A stretch of DNA of 64,000 nt, taken from positions 43,710,001-43,774,000 of the forward strand of contig OZ024742.1 in NCBI GenBank assembly GCA_964016885.1, in the 5' to 3' direction. Below the pieces are notes generated by a model, which saw only the letters and a program-made list of their open reading frames with translations, searched no databases and had not been told where the DNA came from. Shown here one piece after another: positions 38,469 through 48,085 of this stretch; the first letter of the stretch is position 1, and the number at the start of each line of letters is the position of its first letter. A program made the translations under genes and the position numbers. The DNA comes from Eledone cirrhosa. Lineage: Eukaryota.

Positions 38469-39021
38469 ATATATATATATATATACACAGTTCAAGAGTA
38501 AACCAATCTTAAATAGAGAGATGGAGATAGGAGAGGAGAGATTGGTGAAGGTATTAGAAGCCAAAAGCCTAAAGGCGTGTGCTCAATGTGCAATATGCAG
38601 TGGGAAGCAGCTAGAGAACTGGGTTCATGCAGAGATTATGTGCACACAGCTGGAAATATTCATTATTTAAGCAAATCAAGACCATAACATTCACATGGAA
38701 GACGTTAGTTAAAGAGTGTCAATATTAGTTGCAGTTTAATGTAAATAATAATAATAATAATAATAATGTCCGTTTACAATTGTTTCACTACTCCATATAA
38801 TGTTTCTGGATCAATCGATTATTAGATCGTTATTGATCTGGTTCAGAGAAAATAGCATATATAAATGTAATCTGAGTTTTTCAAATATTAATAACATTCG
38901 ATTCGTTTGCAATTATGCAAACAAGCCTTAATTTTATAGCCATGTCAGTAGAATGAACACTTCATTCTTGCTCTTATGTTGGCATGTGAACAGAACTGCA
39001 GACACTAATGTTTCTGGGTAT

Positions 39022-39380
39022 CACCCTTCATCAGTACAGCTCACTGTTGACCTGCCAAACTGTCCAAGCTAGTGAAAATATATGCTATTTTCAAAATTAC
39101 ACAGTGACTGTTCAGCCATGTAGAGCAACATTTTCTTTTTTATTTGAATTTGGCAAAGCCGGCCATTTATCGCTCATATACAGGAAACTGACTGGCCGGT
39201 CTGCTGATATGCAAATCTGGCTGATCAGTGGATCTGCTAATATGCAGATTTGACTGATCAGCCAGTCTGCTAATATACAAATCAGGCCGATCAGTCACTG
39301 TGTATTTTTGAAAATAGCATATATTTTCACTAGCTCTGACAGTTTGGCGGGTGAACAGTGAGCTGTACTGATGAAGGGTG
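39022..39380. mobile_element. MITE with ~90-bp terminal inverted repeats and internal ~33-bp tandem repeats
   Basis: 39022-39110 is the reverse complement of ~39292-39380; ctgct(g/a)atat(g/a)ca(a/g)at repeats at ~39200-39290. Confidence 0.75.
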
Positions 39381-39610
39381 TACTGAGAAAGTTTGCCAAA
39401 CAAAGGATTGGGAGAACCCTTCAGTTGTGTGAAAGACATGACAACCTTTCCTGTGCACTTGGTAGAATGTGAGACCATATGGAAACGAAATGCAGACTCC
39501 TGGCTGTCTGGGAGGTCAGTAGTTCCACTTCAGTACTGACTTGGTCTATGTACACTCGTCCAACACTTGCTAGCAGGGAAAGTAGACATTAAAACGATGA
39601 TGATGATGAT

Positions 39611-40200
39611 CGTGATAAGAGGAATCAAATGCTGTGTGCAGGAGAGGCGGTTGCGTTGGTATGGACATGTGATGCGTATGAAGGATGACAGCTGCATAAA
39701 AAGGTGCAGAGTACTAGAAGTCAATGGAAATCGCGGAGTGGGGAGACCCAAGAAGACGTGGGATGAGGTGATAAAAGCCGACCTTACTCAATTACACCTC
39801 TCAAAGGCGATGACACACGACCGTGACCTCTGGCGTCACGCAGTAATACAGAGTACCCGACCTTCCATGGGTACAAGCTGAAGCTGAAGCATATAGACAA
39901 TATGAGATGATAGGACTGGGGTCCCTATCATTCTACTGCAAAGTGGTAGTGGAGGTGCCACGGCAAAAAAGCACCCAGCCCACACTGTAAAGTGGACGTG
40001 TAGGCGCCACGGAAAAAAAGCACCCAGCACTCACTGTAAATGAGGTTGGTGTTAGGAAGGGCATCCAGCTGTAGAAATCAAGCGAAAATCAGTTCCTGTA
40101 TAAGCAAGACAAGGTCAGCCGACCAGACACTGCCCACAACAGGACAACCCGTCTAACCCATGCTAGCGTGGAAGAACGGACGTAAACGGTGATGATGATG
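39611..40200 (+). mobile_element. RTE LINE 3' end (ORF C-terminus, 3' UTR, (gat)n tail)
   Basis: RRLRWYGHVMRM...GRPKKTWDEVIKADL...DRDLWR, then UTR and tail. Confidence 0.88.
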
Positions 40201-40225
40201 ATATATATATATATATCTGTCTATC

Positions 40226-40266
<41 letters not shown>

Positions 40267-40329
40267 AAAATTATTAAAAAATTATAAAAAATAAACCAAA
40301 GAAGCCTTCAATACATCAAAAGTCGTTAT

Positions 40330-40371
40330 TAGCCAACAATGTTTCGTCCTAATAAGGACTCATCAGGGCAA
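40330..40371 (-). ncRNA. Canonical minimal type I hammerhead ribozyme
   Basis: Minus strand: ttgcc-CTGATGA-gtcct-tatt-aggac-GAAA-c-att-GTT-ggcta. All core nucleotides intact; stems I, II and minimal III pair. Confidence 0.85.
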
Positions 40372-41855
40372 GTAAAGCTACAAGAAGCACTATCGGCCAA
40401 TCAAGCCCAAAACTCAGAAGAATATGGAGTATACATCTATTAAAACTTAGGAAAGATATCAAGGAAAAGTTGTCTAAGATTAAGAGTGAGCAGTTACAAA
40501 CATAGATATGGACCAAATAGCAAGGAAGTGATTAACATGTTGAACCCACACTGCAAATATTGTATAATGCAAAAACTTGAAACACAAATGGTAATATAAT
40601 GCGAGTATAATATAATATAATAGATAGTGATAATAAAAAGCTTAATATATGTATATATATACATATATCTCTATACATATACACATTAGTACAAATACAA
40701 ACTAACACTTATTAAGTATTTAAATATATATATATATATATTGTTTACAGTATAATATAATAAAGATAAAAATGAGAATAAAGATAAAAATAAAAATAAA
40801 AATAAAAATAAAATATAATATATAATTCCCTGTCAGTGTGCATAAACAATATAGAAATATTATAATAACAATATTATAATATATTGGCATCAAAAGATAT
40901 ACAAAATTACATCATACATATAATTTAAGGTTAACAAATAGTATAAAGTTTTACACAGGGTAAGAAAAAATCATAGAACTAAATTGTGTTGAAAGAATTG
41001 TGTTGAAAAAATATCTATACCATTGTAACAAATACACGGAGGTCAACTCATTTTACATTGGCATAAATATTACCAAAATATCACAAAATATTACAAAATA
41101 TATTTACGTGGTTGACATACAGACATATATTAATGAAATTACTTGGTCAGACAAACAGCGTGTGGTAGTAAAAAAATAAATTAAATAAACGGAAGATCGA
41201 AAAACAAAAACAAGTATATTTACTTAGGTGTCACAGCGGTTAAGTAAAAGAAAAAAGATAGAAATGTAGACCAGAGAGTTGACTAGAAAAACCTTTTTAA
41301 ATTAATTAATATTAAAAGTATTTAAAATACATATTTAGTCACTTTAAAATTGGCTATTGTTTAAGTCATCAAAACCGTATAAGTTTAAGATATCTCAATA
41401 AAATTATCAAGAATAGAGTCAAATATGCTTCGTTCAGTCGAATAACGTTATCAAATAAAAGGACTCTAAATAGAACTATGGTAGACCAATGGGAACAGAA
41501 AGAAGAGAGGTTATGGAGGATAGGAAGGAGCATAAAATTAAAATCAATATATTATATAATATCATAAAAGGAGCATAAAGGTGAAATTTATATATAGTGT
41601 AATAGAAGGGGCGGATATTAAGTGTGTAGAGGAGGAGGTACATTAGTTGAATGAGACTCCAACCAAAGTATTTAATAAGATATAAACCCATAAGGTGTTA
41701 GTAGTGAAACTATAATAATGCTTAAGACGATAGGTAGGGTATGGTAGCCAAAAGACTATGGAAACTAAAATCGAAAAGTTGTAAAAAAACTAATAATAAT
41801 AAAGATGATGGTAATCAAAATGAACCTAAACAAAAAAGATAAGGAAATATAGCAG

Positions 41856-43241
41856 CTAATGGGTACGATTTAAACTACCAGAACTTTTAGGTCTATAATA
41901 GAAGAAAGAATTAGAAATGGCATGGGGGCAGGAAGAAAATATCTCAGACTTTCTATTAAGCAAAACTTTCCTAGAGAAAATTATAGAGTGGGTCTCTAGG
42001 ATACAGAGATTACAGAATTTAGTGTGTGTTGATAGGTTATTAGAGCGTGCTACTATACGCCAATTAAGGCTATATGGCATGCCTGCCCCTTTAAGACCCC
42101 AGATATGGTGTGCTAAAGAAGTAGAGTTCTTAAACTTAACATGCTTAAAATTAGAGATATGAGAATTAAACCTAGTTTTAAAAGTATTTGATGTGGAGCC
42201 TATATATGTGCTATTAGAAGAATCAATCTTAACTTCACAAGCATAAACAATGTTCCCAGAGAGGCAGTGACCATTTAAAGGGCAGTTAATACTTACTCTA
42301 CAGTTACACTTCCTGGTGCTATTTACCGGCTGAATAAGTGATGCATCACTTCTAGGGTTATTATAAGATAAGGTCTGCTCAGGTGGTAAGGCATTAATGG
42401 ATCTATCAAGACTAGTAGTACGCAAAGGGGAGTAGCTGTCCCTAATTTTCTTATTGTTAGTGCTAGCTAAATGAGAACTAATATTAGGGGTGGTAGAGAA
42501 TGATAGTTTAATTACATTTTTATTAAAAATACCATGGTATTTATTAGTAGGAGGGAAATTTTTCTCTAAGATAGAAAAGAAAGTCCTAGGGATGTTAGTT
42601 AATACTTCATGATCATAAGGCGGGTTAAAATAAGTATTGAGTCTCCTCCTATTTCTATCCTTACGAACTCTACTGTTATCCAGTATCCCACTAATAGGAT
42701 CAGGATTACTACGAGGACTCGTTGAAACAACATTATTAGAAGCAGCCAAAACCCTATTGAGTCTCCTTCTGTTTCTACCTTTAGTATATCTACTGTTATC
42801 TGGAATCATATCAATAGGATTAGGGTTACTACCAGGATCAGTTGAAACAACACTATTAGAATTAGTAAAAACATTACCACTGGGTGAGCGATCAGAGTGC
42901 CTAACTTGTTCCCTAGAACTAATCCCGAAAAGTGTACCATTAGACTCACTATTACGATTACGGTAGCTTAACCTATGGATGGGTTCGGATACACCTATGG
43001 GATTTCTACGATTCTTATGCTTTCTACTCCCATTCATGGCCATATTATGGGAAATTACGTTATTATTATTATGGGTAAACGGAGACTTTCTAAGGTTGTT
43101 CTCATTATAACGTATTTTACCAGAGTAACCTGAGTTAGCTAGGGCATTATTATAGTACTCTGCATGTGAATTAAATATTCCTATATCCTTAGAGAGTGTG
43201 GAAATTCTATTAGATACACCGTTAATTATAGAGCTAATCAT
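41856..43241 (-). CDS. Penelope-like RT thumb + expanded linker + CxCx5C + GIY-YIG endonuclease (5'-truncated)
   Basis: YFNPPY, FPPTNKYHGIFNKNVIKLSFSTTPN, CNCRVSINCPLNGHC, NIVY...YIGST...FKTRF..H, CNLC.LE, LLN; SNHPK just upstream of the ORF start. Confidence 0.88.
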   Translation of the reverse strand: MISSIINGVSNRISTLSKDIGIFNSHAEYYNNALANSGYSGKIRYNENNLRKSPFTHNNNNVISHNMAMNGSRKHKNRRNPIGVSEPIHRLSYRNRNSESNGTLFGISSREQVRHSDRSPSGNVFTNSNSVVSTDPGSNPNPIDMIPDNSRYTKGRNRRRLNRVLAASNNVVSTSPRSNPDPISGILDNSRVRKDRNRRRLNTYFNPPYDHEVLTNIPRTFFSILEKNFPPTNKYHGIFNKNVIKLSFSTTPNISSHLASTNNKKIRDSYSPLRTTSLDRSINALPPEQTLSYNNPRSDASLIQPVNSTRKCNCRVSINCPLNGHCLSGNIVYACEVKIDSSNSTYIGSTSNTFKTRFNSHISNFKHVKFKNSTSLAHHIWGLKGAGMPYSLNWRIVARSNNLSTHTKFCNLCILETHSIIFSRKVLLNRKSEIFSSCPHAISNSFFYYRPKSSGSLNRTH

Positions 43242-43444
43242 AGATTTGGGGTGGTTAGAATTGGGATTTACATTGAGCTATATCCTATACTGTCATTTCT
43301 ATAATATGAAGAGGGTGTTTAACTCCAACACACTCTAGTATTTTAATTCTTATATATATATATTTATATATAATTAGTTACAACAGTGACAGGTACTTAA
43401 GTTTTGTTGGGTTATACACCCCAACTCATTCAGCCTATAATATA

Positions 43445-43938
43445 AAGAGAAATGGCTACTACCATGGTTGTATGAAAACGGCCTTGATTCCCCCAGGGAA
43501 ATGGCCTTGTTCAGTGTGCATGAAAGGAGTGGGTAGAAATTTTATCTTATGCCCCAAAGAGCTATGGGTACACAAAAAATGTAGTGGGATCACTGTCAGG
43601 CTATCAAAGAACATAGGTTTTATGTGTGGTCGATGCACAGGTACAGAAAATAGCTAGAGCCCACAGGATACAAGCTCATTCAAATGCCCAGTGAGCTCTA
43701 GATAGTTTTGCTACCTGGGTGACCAAATTAACAGTGAAGGAAGGTGTTCTGAAAGTACAGTAGCCAAAGTAAGAGAGCAATGGTGAAAGTTCAAGGATCT
43801 ATGAGCACTGCTAGTTTGAAAATGAAGGGCAGATTGTATACGAACAATGTTGCATGGTAGTGAGACCTGGGTACTGTGTATGGAGGACCTACAACAATTG
43901 GAAAGAAATGAAACCTGCATACTACGATGGATGTGTAA
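43445..43938 (+). mobile_element. Degenerate RTE RT fragment with an inserted PHD-like Cys/His finger
   Basis: GKWPCSVC..GVG.N.ILC...WVHKKCSGI...FMCGRC, followed in other frames by DSFCYLGD and HGSETW...LERNE...LRWMC. Confidence 0.75.
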
Positions 43939-44129
43939 TCTATATATAATATAAAAGAAAGATGTTTATTGGTTGGTTGGATCACACGAAAACTACACAC
44001 ACACACATAAATACATACACACATCTAAAGAGAGAGACACAGAGGGAGAGGCAGAAAGAGAGAGATAAGCCGTTATACAGAGAGAGAGATACAATTAATA
44101 CAATGATGATATATATATATACACACAAA

Positions 44130-44172
<43 letters not shown>

Positions 44173-44300
44173 GGAAAAGAGTCACGACCCCGACGGCTGA
44201 GCTCCGGCCGTTTCGACAGCTAGATTTGAACATATTACCCCGTTCGGATCTAGCTGTCAAAAGGGTTGGAGCTCAGCCGCCGGGGTCCTGACTCTTTTCC
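44173..44300 (+). repeat. 128-bp GC-rich near-perfect hairpin
   Basis: ggaaaagagtca...gacagctagat-ttgaac-loop-gttcgg-atctagctgtc...tgactcttttcc. Confidence 0.88.
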
Positions 44301-44485
44301 AATTACCCACTCTACTACCCTAAGTATCGAGTACTCTGGTGCGTTATGGTACACCTGGTTCCTTACCACACTTTCTTCGTTATATATATATATATGTATA
44401 TTTGACAAATTTTAGAACTACAAGTGAAGTCATTCTTTTCCCTTTTTTCAAATATACCTAACTGTACCAAGGATTTCACACATTT

Positions 44486-44559
<74 letters not shown>

Positions 44560-44610
44560 AAATATATACAATATATTAATAAATGGAAACTATATTTATA
44601 AAACCATATT

Positions 44611-44676
44611 TATTTTATTATACATATTTCAAGGGCAACCAAGGCAAATTATGGTGCGCTTTCATCAGATAAAATA
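44611..44676 (-). ncRNA. Type I hammerhead ribozyme (copy of 22775-22840)
   Basis: Same core and stems; one loop II difference. Confidence 0.72.
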
Positions 44677-45037
44677 CAGATTTGTTTTATAAATAAATAT
44701 TGACATACCCGGAAAAAAAGACAACCTTAACGGTTGGAGCTTCCTGGATAGTGGAGATATTACATTTATTGAGGGTAATACAAAATTATGAGTGAGTATT
44801 CAAATGAGTGTCCGAAAGGTTGAAAAGATAACGGTTTATTTAAATTAAACTGTTGGAAGAAGGTGATATGTGAGGGAGAGAGAAAAAATAGGAAAAAGAA
44901 AAAAAGAAAAAAGGAAGGAGAAAGATAGAAGAGGAAAGAAAGAACGATTATATATATTGATAGTGAAAATAGAGTGCATGAAGAGATAAATATAGACAGC
45001 GTAAGTATATCTAAAAGAGAGAAGAAATGAGAATAAC

Positions 45038-45222
45038 TGTTTCTACTTTAGGCACAAGGCCAGCAATTACCCAGTGCATTACTGGTACTTTATTTTATCG
45101 ACCCCGTAAGGATGAAAGGCAAAGTCAACCTCGGCGGGATTTGAACTCAGATCGTAAAGGGACGTAACTATGCTGGAAAGCATGGCCTCCGACCCTCTAC
45201 CGATACTGCCAATCCACCGCCC
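45038..45222 (-). mobile_element. Full-length tRNA-related SINE with a 17-bp TSD
   Basis: Minus strand: ggcggtggattggcagtatcgg...gagttcaaatcccgcc...gcctttcatcct.cggggtcgataaaat.agtaccag. TSD gaagaaatgagaataac at 45021-45037 and 45223-45239. Confidence 0.9.
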
Positions 45223-45423
45223 GAAGAAATGAGAATAACGTGGAAGAATAATATTTATAATGCAGGATTCATAATTTGCCTTGGCTGCCCTTGAAATATG
45301 TATAATAAAATAAATATGGTTTTATAAATATAGTTTCCATTTATTAATATATGGTATATTTACTCCACTAAACTGTTGAGTGCTTTATATCAGTTATAAA
45401 TTTTTTAAATTAAATATAACCTC

Positions 45424-45480
<57 letters not shown>

Positions 45481-45490
45481 TATATATACA

Positions 45491-46058
45491 TTAGGAATGG
45501 TTCTCTGAAATAGCGATGTATACATGAATGTATGTATAGTATATTTGACAATATACCGTATGTTTAATTAAAAACAATCAGAATACTATACGCTATCAGT
45601 TTTAAAGTATTGACTATGTCACTTACTTCTTTTCAGCAAAAGAAGGAAGACAAGCTAACAGTTGTTTGACACTGGTTGGCATTCATCAAAGCCACGTACT
45701 CCCTTGCTTTCGCCGGAAAATATAGGAGCTGGATTATTACAGAATTCCAGTAATAATCAGGAGCTGATTATACAGAGCGATTGCTGGTCTAGCAAAAATT
45801 AGGTATTAGGATTGGTGCTCTGAAATAGTGATGTATACATGAATGTATGTATAGTATATTTGGAAATATACAGTATGTTTAATTAAAAACATTTAGAAGA
45901 CCATACGCTATCAGTTTAAAAGTAGTGACTACGTCACTTACTTCTTTTTGGCAGTCTGTTTCACGCTGGTTGGCGTTCATCAGAGTCACGTACTCCCCTG
46001 CTGTCGCCGGAAATTATAGAAGCTGGATTCTTATATAATTCCAGTTAAACATACGGTA
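45491..46058 (-). repeat. ~315-bp tandem dimer, each unit with a hammerhead-like motif
   Basis: 45491-45751 resembles 45806-46045; short inverted remnant at ~46045-46058. Confidence 0.8.
45921..45994 (-). ncRNA. Hammerhead ribozyme motif (intact CUGAUGA/GAAA core, atypical junction)
   Basis: Minus strand: agtacgtgact-CTGATGA-acgc-caacca-gcgt-GAAAC...gt-agtcactact. The sister copy at 45606-45700 has TTGATGA/CAAA. Confidence 0.55.
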
Positions 46059-46059
46059 C

Positions 46060-48085
46060 ATTTCTATTTCTAGTACACCTATAGACCACCATAATGTTTA
46101 GCTGATGTAAATGCTATTTCTAGCACATCTAAGTACCACCATTAAGTACCCCTTGTTCAGCTGATGTAGCTGCTATTTCTTGCACACCTATGGACAACAA
46201 TGAGGTTCCCCTTATTTAGCTGCTATTTCTGGTAAACCTACGGACCACCATGAGGTTCCCCTTATTTAGTATTTAGCTGCTGTTTCTATCACACCTTTGG
46301 ACCACCTTGAGGTCCGACTATTTAGCTGCTATTTCTACCTATGGACAACCATGTGGTTCCACTGATTTAGTTGCAATTTCTAGCAGGCCTATAAACCACC
46401 ATGTTGTTCCACCTATTGAGTTGCTATTTCTAGCAAACGTATATGCCACCATTTGGTTCAACCTATTTAGCTGCTATTTCTAGTACACCTATGGACCACC
46501 ACGCGGTTCCCCATATTTAGCTGTTATTTCTAGCCCACCTATGGACCATTATGTGATTCATCCAATTTTGTTGCTATTTCTAGCACACCTATAGACTACC
46601 ATGATGTATGCACTATTTAGCTGCTCTTTCTAACACATTTATTGGCCACCATGATGATCCCCCTATTTAGCTGCTCTTATTGCACAACTATGGACCACCA
46701 TGTGGTCCCACGGATTTTGTTGCTATTTCTAGCAGACCTATGGACCACTATCAGGTTTCCCCTTTTTAGGTGCTATTTCAAACACACCTATGGACCACCA
46801 TGAAATCACCCCAATTAGCTGCTATTTCTAGCACACCTATAGATCACCATGTGAGTTCAACTATTTAATTGGTATTTCTAGCACACTTATGGACCACCAT
46901 GAGGTTCCCTCGATTTAACTGCTATTTCTAGCACACTTATGGACCATCATGCGGTTCCCCCTATTTAGCTGCTATTCCCAGCACACCTATGGACCACTAT
47001 GATGATCACTCTTTTTAGCTTCTATTTCAAGTACACGTATGGACCACCTTGATGTTCCCCCTATTTAGCTGCTATTTCTAACATATCTATGGACCAGCAT
47101 GAGGTTCCCCTTGTTTAGTTGATGTAGCTAATATTTCTAGTAGACCTATGGACCACTATGAAGTTATCCCTATTTAGCTGCTATTTATAGCACACGCATG
47201 GTCCATCATAATGTTCCACATATTTAGCTGCCATTTCTAGCGCACCTAAAGGTTTTCCTTGTTTAGCTGATGTAGCTACTATTTTTAGCACACCTATGGA
47301 CCACCATGATGTTCCCGCTATTTAGCTGCTATTTCTTGCACACCTAAAGACCACAATGAGGTTCTTCTTATTTAGCTGCTATTTTTAGGATAGCTAGGTA
47401 CCACCATGAGATTCCCCATATTATACTGATGTATCTGCTATTTCTAACACACCTATAGATCTCAATGAGATTCCCCTTATATAGCTGCTATTTATGGCAC
47501 ACTTATGGACCACCCCGGGTTCCATTATTTAGCTGCTCTTTCTAGCACATATATGGAGCACTACGAGATTCCACCTGTTTAGCTTATGTAGTTGATACTT
47601 CTAGCACAGCTATGGATCTCCATGATTTCCACTTGTTAAGCAGATGTAGCTACTATTTCTAGCACATTTGTGGACCACAAGGAAGTTCCACTTATCTAAC
47701 TGCTATTTCCACACTTGTGGACCACCATGAGGTTCCACCGATTTAGTTGATATTTCTAGCACACATATGGTCCACAATGTGGTTCCCCTTATTTATCTGC
47801 CATTTCAAGCACACCTATGAACAACCACGTTGTTCAATCTATTTAGCTGCTATTTCTAGCACAACTATGGATCAGCATGATGTTACTCTATGATAGCTGA
47901 TGGAGCACCTATTTTGTAGCACACTTATCGGCCATCACATGGTTCCCCCTGTTTAGCTGCATTTTCTAGTATGTAGTTCCACATATTTAGTTGCTAAATC
48001 TAGCACATCTATGGACCACTATGAGGTTTCCGCTATTTAGCGACTTTTTCTAGCACATCTATGGACCACCATGTGTTCCCGCTAT
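46060..48085. repeat. ~50-bp diverged satellite, left block
   Basis: Consensus ctatttagctgctatttctagcacacctatggaccaccatgaggttcccc. Confidence 0.93.

Larger units (their letters stand above)
40263..43275 (-). mobile_element. 5'-truncated Penelope-like retroelement (PLE-2) with a long 3' region
   Basis: ORF 41856-43241; 3' end abuts (TA)n at ~40201-40262; hammerhead ~70 bp from that end. Continuity of the 1.5-kb 3' region with the ORF is inferred. Confidence 0.8.
44572..45427 (-). mobile_element. ORF-less Penelope 3' end/pseudo-LTR module with an inverted terminal copy
   Basis: 44572-44751 matches 22735-22918; 45270-45351 is an inverted copy of 44572-44653; flanked by (TA)n; interrupted by a SINE. 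Confidence 0.65.

Noticed and set aside
38469-38564. N-terminal part of ORF 37086-38564
   Set aside because: Read-through from flanking DNA across a (TA)n tract; PLE homology starts at NFDITMG.
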